A stretch of DNA of 64,000 nucleotides from the human T2T-CHM13v2.0 reference genome, Homo sapiens, in the NCBI RefSeq assembly GCF_009914755.1, contig NC_060932.1. The stretch is one strand, 5' to 3'. The notes below the pieces were generated by a model, which saw only the letters and a list, made by a program, of their open reading frames with translations, ran no database searches and had not been told where the DNA came from. Shown here in pieces: positions 27,083-47,889 of this stretch. The position numbers and the translations under genes are program-made. The first letter of the stretch is position 1. Each line of letters begins with the position of its first letter.

Positions 27083-27656
27083 AATGCTAGTGCTTTCTCA
27101 ATAATGACATCCAAGCATCACCAGGCCAATCATGTAATCATCCTTGTTATTTTCTGTGCTTCTGATGCTTTTCTGGGCTTGCATCCTGGACAGGATGCCC
27201 TACCAGGGCTGGCCAGTTACTACAGATGGTCAAGGTCCCCCCTGGTGAATGCCTTTCCTGTGAAGTCTTGCCAGCCACCTTGTTGCACACTCCAGGCCAC
27301 AGCTCCCCTGAACAGATTCCCCCAGAGTCAGGCACCAGACAGCCAGAGACAATCCCTGTGACTCGCAGCCCTGGGTAATCATGCAAAGCAATCAGTCCCA
27401 AGCCTGCCTACCCTGCTTTCACTGGCTCCTCCCCCAGGAAGAACTAGAACCTCTGCCTTCAGATTGACCCGGATGCTTCCAATGAGGTCATGATGGCAAG
27501 AACAGCCCTGCCACTGCACGCTGTCAGTAACAGACTATTTCTTCAATCACAGTCTTCTCCTGGCCTGTGGGCCTCACCACAACTGAGTAATAATTAAGCT
27601 TACATTTAAAAACACAAAAATTTACATGTGGGACAGAGTTGCATGGAATTAGGCAG

Positions 27657-27657
<1 letters not shown>

Positions 27658-27688
<31 letters not shown>
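27658..27688. repeat. (CA)n microsatellite
   Basis: About 15 CA units. Confidence 0.95.
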
Positions 27689-27690
<2 letters not shown>

Positions 27691-27911
27691 ATTCGCAGGC
27701 ACACATTTCACTGGTAAGTTCTAAATAAGCTCAGTGAATCGTGCCACTGTCCATTTCCTGTTTTGAAGACTGTTCTATGTAATTGCAAGCTGCTGATGGT
27801 GGGAGGCTGTGTGAAGGGTGGCGGGGGGACCTGCCTGTATATATATGTCAACAAATTTGAATATATCTATAATAATTTTGAGATAAAAGGCTTTAAAATA
27901 TTTTTCCAAGG

Positions 27912-27917
27912 TTTATT
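27912..27917 (-). terminator. CYP11B2: CYP11B2 polyadenylation signal AATAAA (3' UTR about 1.4 kb)
   Basis: tttatt on + strand about 1.4 kb past the stop codon, at the edge of unique sequence just before L1 remnants begin. Confidence 0.8.
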
Positions 27918-29320
27918 TTAGGATCCCATGATCTAGTGCTGACTAGAGGAGTTGGATGGGTATCTGTGAGAGCCCCATAAACAAGGAAGCCATCTCTGAG
28001 GTCTGTGCACCTTGTTGCCCCCTTATTCCTTTCCCATGCTGCACTGCATTGCCCAGGGTGGGAAAGCAACCTGCGGTCACAGGGTGACTGGCCTGAGTCC
28101 CTGAGTCCTGGAACTACTGAACACACCTGGAATGATTACCTAAGTATTTCCCCTTTCATGGGGGAACAAACGCTCTGATCCTCATCAGCTACCAGGAGCT
28201 GGCTGCTGAGATCTTTGCCCTAATGAAAATCCCAGGAGATAAAGATGATGTGGCTGGGCACGTTCTCACCCTGGGGCACTTCCTATCCCTGCACAGGAGC
28301 ACTGGGGAGTGGCCAGTTCAGGAGGGGTCAACTCTCTCTGCTGGGCTAGGAGCAGATGAGGCCCAAGGCAGGTTCACGTAGGGAACTGCAGCCTCCCTGT
28401 GCCCACCCCAGGTCGTGGCACATGACATGGCTCCGTATCAACCAGAGGAATGAGTCAATAAAACTCATCTGAGTCCTTGTTGGCCCAATCCTGTCTCTCC
28501 TGTTGCCAAAAACATTTCTGGAACCACACCCCAGGTTCCCACCCCACATGACTCTTCCATCTCCTGACAGCATCCTCGGGACCTTCTCCAGGGGACAGCT
28601 CAGGAAGCAGAGGACCCAACACTCGCTGCTTGAACAAGACCTGGTCCATGAAAGACGAGGCCTGGGGCATGAGGCTGACATGATCAGCTGGGGAACACAC
28701 GCCCCTCGAGACTCAGTTGTATCACTTGAAAATGTGTCAGGATAAGTGACCACAGGGGCCTTTTTAGTCTACCCTGCAGGATCGTATTCCAGGGTGACAA
28801 CTTTCAGAGAGCTCAGGGCATGCTCGAGCTGCCTGGGGTCAGGCTGCAGGAGGGAACTTGACTGGACTCTGAGATGCTGGGATCCCGCTTAATGACTCTG
28901 ACACTGTCTGCACAGAGGCCCTGGCCAGGGCGAGAGGGACAGGGACATGTGAGACTAGGCAGGAAGGCAAGGGACAAAATCACAGCACCCTTGCATGGCC
29001 TCATGAGGAGCCTGGAGCCAGCGCTGGGAGTAGAGTCAAGCTGTCCAGAGGGCACTGCTTGCTGGAGAAGGGGCCAGGTGGGGCTGGGGACAAGGCCAGG
29101 CCCTGCCAGCAAGATCGTCTCCAGCTGTGCCCTGGCCTTGCTATTTGACAAGCCTGGCAAGCCCCAGTCCTGGAGGCCCTGGGGAGTTCCATTTGTGCAG
29201 GAGCTGGCTGGACAGAGGGGTGACTCAGGAAGCTGTGCACGTGGGAGAGAAGACAGGTGGCCTGGGGTCAGGCAGAGGGAAGCTGGTGGCCAGGCTGGGA
29301 CCCTGGGTGCAGATGCAAGA

Positions 29321-35211
<5,891 letters not shown>

Positions 35212-35239
35212 TCACCCAGGAACCTGCTCTGGAAACATA

Positions 35240-35247
35240 TCACGTCA
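35240..35247 (-). promoter_or_regulatory. CYP11B2: CRE/Ad1 element TGACGTGA (ATF/CREB)
   Basis: tcacgtca on + strand at the known position (about -71/-64 from the TSS). Confidence 0.9.
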
Positions 35248-35288
35248 TGGGAGAACTGGCTCTGGACCTGCCTGAGACTCTCAGAGCG

Positions 35289-35304
35289 AAGGTCAAGGCT
35301 GGAG
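35289..35304 (-). promoter_or_regulatory. CYP11B2: Ad5 element CTCCAGCCTTGACCTT (NR4A/SF-1/COUP-TF)
   Basis: aaggtcaaggctggag on + strand, about -129/-114 from the TSS. Confidence 0.85.
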
Positions 35305-35511
35305 GCCCCCAGCCAAAGGTAGATGAAGGAGAAGTCAGGTGCCTAATTCCCCATTGCTGCAAGTCCTGCTGGTCTGAGGATGCTGAGAAAAGGCGTGGGG
35401 TCTGGACTGGGGGTCCATGCTGGTGGAAGGTGGTGGGACCTGGCCTCTCCTTTCTCCAGGGCTGAGAGGAGTAAAATGGATGGGGACTTTATCTTATCGT
35501 GAGATGAGAGG

Positions 35512-35521
35512 GAGCCTTGGA
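35512..35521 (-). promoter_or_regulatory. CYP11B2: Ad4 SF-1 site TCCAAGGCTC containing position -344 (T allele)
   Basis: gagccttgga on + strand; base 35513 (a, i.e. T on minus) is exactly 344 nt upstream of the A of ATG. Confidence 0.85.
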
Positions 35522-35529
35522 TTCTTTTA

Positions 35530-36020
35530 ATAGACTTTATTTTTATACCACAGATTTAGTTCATTGCAAAATTGATCAAAAACTGCAGAAAATGTCCACG
35601 TACCCCCTGCCCTGACACAGGTACACCCTCCACCACAGGAGCGCACTGGTTCCATGTGAGGAATCTCGATACGTTGTTATCAACCAGGGTCCTGGAGTCA
35701 CATGGGGTCTCCTCCTGGTGGTCAACATGCTGTGGGTTTTGACAAATGTATGTAATTTGTATCCCTCCTTGCAGGATCCTAGGAGTATTTTCACTGTCTT
35801 AAAAAGAGGAAAAAAAAACCTGTGCTCTGCCTGCTCATCCCTCCTGCCCCAGTCCCTGACATCTCCGATCTTTTTATCATCACCATGCTTTGGCCTTTTC
35901 CAAAATGTTGTATAGTTGGAATGACACCGTTTGTAGCCTTTTCAAAGTGACGTATCTCAGTTAGTAATATGCGTTTAAGGTTCCTCCATTTCTTTTCGTG
36001 GCTTGATAGCTAATTTCCTT
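35530..36020 (-). mobile_element. L1MC-like 3' end fragment in the CYP11B2 upstream promoter
   Basis: gcaaaattgatcaaaaactgcaga... and ttggccttttccaaaatgttgtatagttggaat...gtagccttttca...ggcttgatagct are typical antisense L1MC 3' UTR. Confidence 0.7.
35934..35941 (-). promoter_or_regulatory. CYP11B2: NBRE-1 AAAGGCTA (NURR1/NGFI-B)
   Basis: tagccttt on + strand, about -766/-759 from the TSS. Confidence 0.75.
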
Positions 36021-36168
36021 TTTTTTTTTTTTTTTCTAGAGGCTGGGTCTCACTTCTTTAGTGGTTGCCCTAGAGTTTGCAATATACGCTTAAAACTCAT
36101 CTCTCCAACTCCACCTTCATATAACACTATACAGCTTCAGAGGTAATGCAAGCACTTTATAATCATCA

Positions 36169-36926
<758 letters not shown>

Positions 36927-36929
36927 TAG

Positions 36930-38720
36930 CAAACTCTTAGATCAATTAAGATTAAGAAAAAATAAAAGACTTCATTTTCTCTTTACTGATTCCTTCTGAA
37001 ATGCTCTTCCTTTCTTTATGTAGCTCAGGGTTGCTGACCTGTATCATTTTCTTTCTCTCTGCAGAACTTTTAAAAAACATTTCTGGCAAGTCAGTTCTAT
37101 TGGCAGCGAATCCCCTCAATTTTTATTTACCTGAGAAAATATTTATGTTCACTTTTGAAGGATAATTTCACAGGATGCAGAATTCTAGGTTGATGTATTT
37201 TCTTTTTTCTTCTAACACTTGAAATGTTTCCCTCCACTGTCTTCTTGCTTGCATGGTTTCTGAGGGTAAGTCACATGTAATTCTTAGCTTTACTCCTATA
37301 TAGATAAGGTGTCCCCCACCCAACCCCTGGTTTCTTTTTCATCTTTGATTTTTCCAAAGTTTGAGTATGATATGCTTAGGTGGAGACGTTTGTTTTGTTT
37401 TGTTTTCTGCTTGGTGTTCTCTGAGCTGCTTGAATCTGTGGTTTGGTGTCTGACATTAATCATTATTGATTCAAATGTTTCTTCTGTTCCTTTCTTTTTT
37501 CCTCCTTCCAATGTCCCCGTTATGTGTATGTTACACCAGCAGTAGTTGTTTCACAGTCCTCAGTATTCTGTTCCGTTTTCTTCTTTTTGCCTTTCAGCTT
37601 CCAGTTTCCATTGACATATTCTCAAGCTCGGAGATTCTTTCCTCAGCTGTGTTCGGTCCACTAATAAGCCTATCTAAGGCACGCTTTGTTTCTGTCACAG
37701 TGTTTTTGATCTCCAGAATTTCTTTTTTCACCCATCCTTGAATTTTCATCTGGATGTCCACATTCCCCATCTGGTCTTGCGTGTTGTCTACTTTTCCATG
37801 AGGGTCCTTAGCGTATTAATCACTGTTGTTTAAAATTCCCAGTTGATCATTCCAGGTCCCTGCCATATCTGAGCCTCCTTGTAGTATTTACTCCATCACT
37901 TCAAACCTTGGCTTTTGCCTTTTAGTATGCCGTATCATTTTTTATTAAGCCCCAGACATAATATACTGCATAAAAGAAACTGCTGCAAATAGGTGCCTTT
38001 GATGATGCAGAGGTAAGGTGTGCGGAGAGGGGAGTGTGTTGTGGTCCTGTGAGTAGGTCTGAGTCTTTCAGTGAGCCTGTGTCCCCAACCCGTGAACATT
38101 ACAAGGGCTTCTCAGTGTTTCCTTGACATAAATAGACAGGTTGAGCAGTAAGGGCTGGGGCTGTGTGTGGCTCTTCTCACATGTGGCACGCTACACGGAC
38201 TGGGGTTGGATGTCTCTCTTCTTTCCCAGATAGTTCAGCTCTGATAAAACCCAGCAGCTTAGGCTCTGGCAAGACAGTCTCTCTGAAAGGCTGGCCTTTT
38301 AAAGAACAGAATGCTCTGGTGTATTTCATAATGACCATTCTTTTTCTCTAGCTGCCTGACATAGACGAGCTTTTCTGATATTTGCGGTGAGCACCTCGTA
38401 GAGCTTCTGGAGGTGAAACTCACATAAGTGAGTGCCCGGGTTCCTGACTGACCTTAGCTCTTACACTTGTGCACACTGAGCCCCAGAAGCTCTTCTGGGA
38501 TTGCTCTGGATTTTTTTTCTTGTCACTAGCCCTCAAGAAGCCTGCCCTTGGTGAGTGGCAATTCTCCATTTTCACCTGTCTGACTCTCCAGTCTTGGGGG
38601 TGGCAGTTTGCTGTGTGGTCTCACTTCTCCTGGGAATCTAAGAAGAGTTGCTGATTTTGGGAAGTTTTTTCCTTTTTACTTGATGTTAGGATGAATTAAC
38701 AACTTCAAGTTCCTAGCATG
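36930..38720 (-). mobile_element. Old L1M (L1MD/ME-like) ORF1-region fragment
   Basis: acttttgaaggataatttcacaggatgcagaattctaggttg; antisense peptide GTEETFESIMIN resembles ORF1p. Confidence 0.65.
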
Positions 38721-41700
38721 CTGAATTGGACGCAAAGGTTGGACCTTGGATTACTCATCTGCCTGGAGCAAGGTCCCACACAGGAAGGAAGGGCAGAGGG
38801 CTGTACTTCCCGAATTACCAAATGGTATTTCACCTCCTCTTCCAGGCCCTATGCTGGGTGCAAGGAGCGGGAACAAGAGCCCGCAGGGGCCCTTCCCTGT
38901 GAGGGGCTCAGTCCTCTCGGGGCAATTCTGTGAGTCCCCAGAGGCACAAGGTGGCATGGAAGGAGATGAAAACATGTCCGAGGCCGGGTCTGGGCTCACC
39001 TCACTGGTCCTGCTAAGGAGCTGGGAATACCCAGGAGACCATGAGAGGCCGGGTGCTGGGAGCCACACCCAGGCTGGAAGACGAGCAGTGCTTGCCTGAG
39101 TCTGTCCTCATCCGGGCAGGGGCCCTGTGCCAGCAGCTCACATCCCCCTTTTCTGTCCTAAAACGTGTTGTCCGTAGTTCAGATTCATAGAGCCATAAGG
39201 GGCCTGTGACGACTGAGTTGAGGGCCGTTCTCAGGGTCCCCACTGTCCCATGAACTCCCTCCAGCAGCCACACACCAGGCACCGAACCTTGCAGGGGGAT
39301 CTGCGGTTTGGTGACATGTTGTCTCACGGAAGCCTGCAGCAGTCCCAGGAAGGGAGCATTGCTGTCACTGTCCCCATTCCACAGGAGGAAACTGAGGTCC
39401 AGGGTGTGCGGTCCCCGGCCTCACGTCCCCCAGTGGGTCAGAGGGACCGCAGATCTCTCACTCCTCAGCACCCTTCAGATGTGCCCTCCAAGCCCTGAGC
39501 CCAGTGGCCCAGCCTGAGGCCGAGCAGCCCCGGCCCCAGGGAGACTACACCCCTCCTGCTGCCCCGCAGTGGCTTCTACATGCTGTGGCCTTTTCCAGTT
39601 TCAAGGACCAGAAAATCCCGAGATCTGCTCCGCTGGGCTCTGTCTCAGCTCCTCTGACTCCAACCCTCCGATGTCAGAGCCTGGAGACTCCAGGGGGACC
39701 CGCCAAAGCCCCAGGACCCTCAGCCTAGACCCCTGGGTAGGAGAACACGCCTGGTCGCTTGCCGTGCCAGGCCTGAGCTGCCCGCCCCTCCCTGCTGATG
39801 CTGCCCGCCAGGGCCCCCGCCTTCCCTTGGGAGGACAGATCAGTGGCACCTGGCACTGCCTGTCCACCCTCCCTTGGAAAGGCACTCACTCCAAGTTGAG
39901 GGGGGCGGCACCTGGCCATGGGGGAGGATGACAGGGTTCCTGATGCCCTGGGAATGGTGCCCTGGGGCACCCTGATGCAGGTCAGAGCCTGTGTACCGCC
40001 ACAGCAGCCGAGGCCAGAGTGGGGCTGGACTGCCCTGCAGTAGCTGTGGCCCGGGGCCAGCCTAGAGGAAGGGGCCCTTTCATACCCACGGCTCACACAG
40101 CTGCATGTCCCCAGGACTCCACGGGCCCAGAGAGGGTGTGCATCCCACCCCGCACAGCACTGCAGAGTCCCCAGGCAAAGCTCTCACAAGCAAGACAGTG
40201 TCTGTGTGGACCCCATCATCTTGCCTGTGTCCAATGAAGTGAGACCAAGTTAGGAAACCTCTCAACTTGCACCATCCCACAGGCAGAAAGGGCCGACCGC
40301 GGTGGGAGACTTCCAGCCAAGTGGGAGATGCCGCCTGGCTGCAGTCACCATGTGGCCCAGAAAGCAGAGGGAGCAAGTGCGGCAGTCTGTCCCCTCTGTC
40401 CCCTCACTGGCAGTCACCCCTCCGCATTCTCGTCAGGGCTGCAGAGCTTGCCGGCTAACTTGGGGACCGCCGGTTGGCTCCTTTTCTCTGGGTCATGCTC
40501 ACAGGGACGTCCAGAGGCCACCTTGCTGCATTTTGCTGGTGACTGGAGCCAGGGTGTGGGGACATGAAGACGGCTTGCGTTTCAGCGGGTGATTGCTCGG
40601 GGAACGTGTAGACTGTGGCCTCTGACTGCTGATTATGTTTTTAATACCCGAGTCAAGTCCTTCCAACGGCAGGAGGGGCCGTGGCGGGCACTGCAAGGCT
40701 GAGTGGGGAATTCGCTGGGGGGCGAAGCTGAAGGGGAAGCCAAAGGCAGCCGCCAGTGCAGTCAGGGGAAGGGTCTTCCAGCCCGGGACACAGGAGGTCA
40801 GGCCTGGCCAGGAGTGGGCAGCAATGGGGCGCGAGGCCTGGGCTAGGGGCTGGGGGGAGCCAGACAAGGTGCTGGGAGGGTTTTCACAGGGGAGGGCAAA
40901 GACCCATTTGTTGTTTTTCATTTTACTTTAATCAGTTCCCCACTCCCTGTTCTTCCTCGGGAATCTCAAAGGCCTCAGCCCCTCAGCAGCTGTGATGTGC
41001 TGTGTGTCCCCGTGTGCCTCCCGCTGTCATGTCAGAGCTGGCCTTGGGCAGGCTGATGCCATCGGACTTCCCAGCACGTCCTTGGAGTGGTGGTGCAATC
41101 TGCCCGGGCACGCTGGACAGTCCTCCTGCCCGTCCCTGCCTGTGGGCACCCTCCCCTCTCCCATCAGCTGGGTCTGTTCTCATCTGTTCTGGGGGTTTCT
41201 GAACCTGTGGCCATGAGCCAGCATTTCCCATCCCTCCTCAGCCCACCCACAAGGAGGCTGGGGCCCCAGAGGACCCCAGAAGGCCCCTCCCATCCAGAGG
41301 ACACTGTGGGTGCAGCTGAGGTGTGGAGGTGCCAGGACCAGCACCCTGGACTTGCTCTAGACTCTGCGGCTTCCCAGATGCCCTGACCTTGAAACCTGGA
41401 AGCAAATCCCGGAACTCACTTCCTGCAGGGCCTCAGTCATGTCTCCGTGCTGACGCAGTGAAGAGGTGCAGGTCCCAAGGGCCCTCCCCACCTCACCTCC
41501 CGGCCCCTCTCCCTGCCCATAGGTCTGGCCGCACCCCCCTGTAGTCTGCCTCCTGGGGAGGAAATGGTCTGACAAGGCTGACCCGGAACATTTTCCTTTA
41601 ACTCAGCTGTAGAGTGAGGGCCCAGCCAAGCCCCAGAGGCAGCTGAGAGGGGCAGGCAGAGGGCACCCTGGTGGTCCAGGAGCCCCCACCTTGATGTTCT

Positions 41701-42345
41701 TCCCTGGTGGGGTGTGCCAGAGCCGCCTGGAGAAGATCCTGGGGCTGCGGTCACGGGCCAAGGCCAGAGCAACTGTCTTCGAATAGGCTGGACACCCCCA
41801 AGGTGCACTGTGGAGGAAGAGGGGCTCCCTCTCCGGGGACAGACCAGGCCCCCACTTTCAGGGACTCCTGTGAACCAGGCTGGGCCAGCCCTCAGGCCTG
41901 CAGGAGAACTTTCCACCTCCCCTGGGTCTGTGGGTCCTACTCATTCCAATCCTTTCTGGCCCCACACCCAGTGTCCAAGTCTGCACCCCATGATATTTTG
42001 AAAAGTTCTCAGGTTCCTCTCCCAGTTCTGAGAAGCAACTCAAACCTCAGCCCTGACCCAGCACCCTCCATCCGCCTGCCCCGGGCTGAGTTCCAGTGGC
42101 CCTGGGCCAGAAGCCTGTGTGCCCAGCGGTCTCTGGAGCAGCGGGGCTGTCCACCCGCAGCTGTGTCTCCTGATCCCAGCCAAGAGGACCGTGAGTGTTA
42201 GGGCTGGTGCAGAAAGCAGCAGCCCCTCGTCTGTAGCCTTGGACATAACATCTCCTTTCCTGCAGTGGTTTTACTCTTGGGCCATGGCATTAGTGACAGC
42301 GGTGTCACAAACGCAAACACAAAAATGCAACACAAACAGAACAAT

Positions 42346-42630
42346 GGGTGGGCGCGGTGGCTCACACCTGTAATCCCAGCAATTTGGGAGGCTGAGGCAG
42401 AAGATCACTTGAAGCAGAGAGTTCCAGACCAGTCTGGGCAACACAACAAGGCCCCATCGCTACCAAAAATTAAAAATTAGCCTGGCGCGGTGGTGGCACC
42501 TATAGTCCCAGCTACTCGGGTGGCTGAGGTGAGAGGAACGCTTGAGCCCAGGAGTTCGAGGCTGCAGTGAGCTGTGATCACCACTGCACTCCAGCCTGGG
42601 TGACAGAGTGAGACCCTGTCTCAAATCAAA
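42346..42630 (+). mobile_element. AluJ-like element
   Basis: gggcgcggtggctcacacctgtaatccc ... cttgagcccaggagttcgaggctgcagtgagc. Confidence 0.9.
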
Positions 42631-43740
42631 AACCAATACAAAGAAGAAAAATGAAAGAAACCGAAAATGGAGGAAACAGCAACCAAAATGCCTGTTGACT
42701 GGAGAATGTTTGTGCCCATGTGGTCCAGGCACATGCGAGGTGAGTTTTTGCCACTGTGGAGATGAATTCTTTCGGGTTCACATGAAGATGAGGGTGATCA
42801 ACAGTGCAGGGACTCACAGTGCAGCCTTGAAGGGAAAGAGGGAATGTCGGGAGATTGTGTCCCACGTGGTTCACATGCATTCAGTGAACCGCTTACAAAA
42901 GCAGCAAAGGCCAGAGAGAGCGCAAGATTGGGTGTGGGTGCCTGTGCTGGGGAGGTGGGAAGGTTGGTCTCTGTGAACGTGGGGGAGCGGGGACTTACTG
43001 CCCGTGTGGTGGGGCTTGGGTTGGGTGGAGTGTTTGTGACGTCTCAAAGATAGCGTCTAGGAAAAGGCAGCAGGATGCCAAGTCTGGAGGCCCCGGATCA
43101 GTGGTGTGGCACAGCGACGTGTGGACAACCTGGTTGGTCCAAAAGACTTAGTCCCAGCAGTGCTAATCAATGGGTGTGGGCCTCCCCCATCTCCACGTGT
43201 GGGGCAGCAGATGAGACGGTGCTTGCCACCTTGTCAATGGCTGTGAGGACCAAGAGGGAGATACAGCAGAGCTCAGAGCAGACAAGCAAAGGAAACATCA
43301 AATGCCAAGGGGATCTGAAGACTTCCTGCCACATCTGCAAGAAGTCAGGACTGTGGGTGCTGCCCCGGAGGCTGCTGGGGAGCACAGAGACTCCTCAGGG
43401 AGCACGTTGTGTACCTGCAGCCGTCTTCCCCACTGGGCCATGCAGGTGGCCTGGCACACCCCACAGAGGGCGACTTGGGATCCTTCTTCAGTCCATGCTC
43501 TGAAGGAGCAAATGCGTGACTGTCCCTGACCACAAGCAGCCCTCGCACACAGACCCCACCTGCCTCAGCACCCTGCGGCCCTCTCCGCTGGATTCCTAGA
43601 CGCCATGGAGATGGTAGGAGCTGGTGCAGGAGCTGCAGCCGTCCTCCCTCCTCTATGCCTTTGCTGTCCCTGATTCACCCCCAGGGCCCTTCCTGCCCCT
43701 GCTGAGTCTGCACCTCAGCCACTTCGCCTCCACCCGGTTC

Positions 43741-43847
43741 CTTGTCCTCCACCCAGACTGCTGACCTCCGCCCAGCCCGTCGTCCTCCACCCAGCCTGTC
43801 ATCCTCTGCCCAGCCCGTCGTCCTCCAACCAGCCCACCGTCCTCCGC
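43741..43847. repeat. 19-bp tandem repeat, about 5.5 copies
   Basis: Unit cccagcccgtcgtcctcca at 43752, 43771, 43790, 43809, 43828. Confidence 0.85.
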
Positions 43848-44739
43848 TTTCAGAAACGCACAGCTCACTGCCTCAAGCTTGGGCTGGCATCAGGCTGGCA
43901 GCCAGCAGTGGGAGGTGTGTGTGCTTTGTGTATGTGAGTGTGCAGCATGTGGTGTGTCTCTTCCTCCTCCTGTGTCTCTCCTTTTGCATTCTAGCTTGCC
44001 AATCACTTTGAGAGGGGTCAGCATGTGAAGAGATATCAAAGATTTCACTACTCGAACCCGTGTCAGAAGCTGACCACACCCCAAGCCAGTCAAGTGTTTA
44101 GAACGGAGCCATAGTCTGATGGGTGTTTCTGTGGAGGCCTCTCCTGCAGTTCTCTTGAACCTGGCCTGCTGTGTCTCTATTCCACCTGGTCCCTTGAGAA
44201 TCCTCCAGAAGCCAGATGACTCCTGCATCCGTCTCCTCCTTCTGTGCTCCAGTCCCTCTCCCTGAGGGCAGCCTATTGACCAGGTTGCAAGAAGAACCCA
44301 GGCTGACTTTCTCTCCATGGGGCCCTCATCTGATCCACTGAAAATACTCACATATCTCCAGTGCCAGCCTCAGAGGCACAGTTGTTTCCTTTCGGTCAAT
44401 ATTTGCCTGGAGGTTTTTTTTTTTCATTCTGTGACTTTCAACCTTTCTGTAAGTTGTGTTTTAGATATTTCTTATTTAAACATCCTATAGAGATATTGTG
44501 TTGTTGTTAGTGTTGTTCTATTTAGTTTGACAATCTTTGTCTTTTAACTCTCAAAGTCCATCCACTTAGTATTTTTGTGATAACTAATGTATGTGGATTA
44601 TGTTCACTTTATTTTCTGCATTTGGTTTATCCCAAGTTATCCATTTTTAAGTTCCCTCTTTTTCTCTCCTACTTCGGAAGACATATTCTCCATTTCCATT
44701 ATTTTCATGGTTACCTTAGACATTTTAAAGTGAATTTTG

Positions 44740-44900
44740 TTAGCCAGGCATGGTGGCACATGCCTGTAGTCCCAGCTACTCAGGAGGCTGAGGCAGGAGG
44801 ATCTCTTGAGCCCAGGAGCTTAAGGCTGCGGTGAGCTATGATCGCCACAACCCTCCAGGCTGGGTGACAGAGCAAGACCCTGTCTCAAAAATAAATAAAT
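44740..44900 (+). mobile_element. Alu right arm (AluJ/FRAM-like)
   Basis: tagccaggcatggtggcacatgcctgtagtccc ... agaccctgtctcaaaaataaataa. Confidence 0.85.
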
Positions 44901-46330
44901 ATATAAAGTAAATTTTGTAACTTAAAGTATAACATTACTATTCAGTATCTTCCCATAAAAAAATAAACAAACATAGAAACTTTAGAGCTTTTTAACTCTG
45001 GTCACCCTCTTTTGACGGTTATGCTGTTATTGGCCAATATTAAAGTTCTATTTTGGTTTTTTAACAACATAAACTGGATGTTATCATTGTGATCAGAGTT
45101 CACGTTTGCCTCCTTTTAGTCACGTGTTTTCTTTGCTCAGATTCATCTCTACACTGGAAGATTTTGGGCTAGGTGAATTCCATTCTTTCTGGAGGTCATT
45201 CTTTAAAACATCTTTGGAAAAGCTTCTGTTGGTAGAGATCTCTTTCAGGTCTCTAGGTCTAAAAATGTCTTATTTTAATCTAAATCTTCAAAGATAGTTG
45301 TGTTGAGTGTTCATTTCCAGGTAGGCAGTGCTTGTATTTCAGCATTTTGAAGATGTTAGACGCGGCAGGCGATGTTCACTGCCCTTCCACACACGTCCTG
45401 TTCTTCCCTGGCAGGTGAACGGGCTCCGTTCCCAGCCTGCCTTGCAGTCTGTGCTCCCCTGTGTCTGAGTTTGGCCAGTGGAACGGGGGAGAAGACACAT
45501 GTGCCTCCCCTGGCCTGGCCCTACCCCATCTCGGCCTGGCAGCCTCAGATACCACGTGTCGGAACGACGGGTGGAAGGAGGGTGACCTGATTAGGAATGC
45601 TCACTTCCGAGTGTCTGTGAGAGGGGCTTCTTTCCCGTTGGAGCCATCGTGCACATGTGTTTTGTTGCAGCGGTGGGTGTGCGCCAACCCCTTGGCCACT
45701 GTCTCTGGCTTCCGCAGCTGGCGTTGGAACGCCGGCCGTCACGCTGCCATCCCAGGGTGTGGGATGCCCTGGAGGCTACAGGGAGAGCTTTGTTATTGAG
45801 ATCTCTTCGGAGTCTGTGGAAGAGTTCCTTTTCCCTCACCCTGCTGGGAATTCTCTGTGCCTCTGACTCTTAGTGTTTCATCAGCTCTTTTAAAATTCCT
45901 CCAGGACAGTCTGGTAGTTCATTTTGATTGTTCGTTAGTCACACACCTTACGCCTTCTCACTTCTTTAAATGTAGAGATACTATTGGCTTCAAAAGACTG
46001 GAAATCAGGAACCCTGGACCTGGTCTTCATGCAGGTGGGCCTGGCTTGCAGCTGTGTTTTCCCTTCTGAGCCTTACTGTTTGCTTTTCTGGTTTTCCAGA
46101 AACTGTCACTTGCCCAGGGCCACTTTTTGTATTAAAGGCTCGGCTTGGGGTTCATCAAAGGTGGGGTGACCTAAATCCTAAACCAATTTGAGGGCCTCCA
46201 TCCTGATCCATAGGAGGGGACATTTCTCACTCCTCATTCCCAGGGTTAAAGAGCCAAGCTTCCTTCTCATCTCCCATGCTGTTAGATAGAATATTTCTGG
46301 ACCACATTTTCACTGAAGTTGTAGTCTTGA

Positions 46331-46693
<363 letters not shown>

Positions 46694-47581
46694 ATTCAAT
46701 TCCAATTTCTAACTTTGCTTGTATCCTAACCCTCACCTCCTTTCCTCCTTAGAACTCAAGCCATCTTTTCACCAAGGTGATGAAAGCGGTTGCCGCATGC
46801 ACCCCCACTCCCAGGTGATGGCTGTGTTGGCTTCTGTACTGACTGGTTGCCTATCATAATCCCAGAAGACACAACTCCAAATGCCATAATCCCAAATGTT
46901 GAAATCCCAAAAGATCAAAATCTCAAAAATACAATTCTGGAAAAATATTGTAATTATTTTAAAGATATTTATTCACATTTTTAAGGGGGACTTGTTTGAG
47001 AAACGCATAAAAACATGGCAGAACACTTCCTCAGCCACTTTACGCAATAAAACAGGCAATAAGAACTTCCATATTTTTGCAATCATAAATACTCAGGCCA
47101 TCACCTGGGAGTGGGAGTGCGTGTGGCAACTTGTAGGAGCCTGGTCACAGCTCGTTCCCAGTCTATCATCATGGTTTGGGGATTCCATCGAAATCTATTC
47201 TCTTCTGCACAGTCCACCAAATCTTCAAACAAGCATTCATAAAGTGCTTCACTTTTTCCTGTCATTGAAACACAAATGAGGAGATAAAGTTCTAGAATTT
47301 TCAGATCCAACAGGGACTTGAATTGCATATAGTTGAAAGAAAACAGTGGGAACAGTTTTGAAAGTGCCGTCTTTAGTCGAAGTGAAGCATGCGCCAGTCT
47401 TTCTATGTCAGATTTAGTGGTAAATATAAGAAGTCTATCCTCTTCAACAGTCAAATCCCTAATCAATAATCTCTCACCATGCAGTGTGTTTGTGTCACTG
47501 GAGGAACCCCAGTGGCAAAGAGCAAACCTCCTTGGTTCCGAAGCTCGCTGAGCTTGTCGAATTCGCTTTATTCTCTGATGA

Positions 47582-47889
<308 letters not shown>

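Noticed and set aside
28457-28462. Plus-strand AATAAA within the CYP11B2 3' UTR
   Set aside because: Wrong strand for CYP11B2, and no sequence evidence here for an antisense transcript ending at this site.
43873-44351. 153-aa ORF in unique sequence with a GTGAGT donor-like site at about 44351
   Set aside because: No recognisable homology; a lncRNA exon cannot be excluded without RNA-seq.
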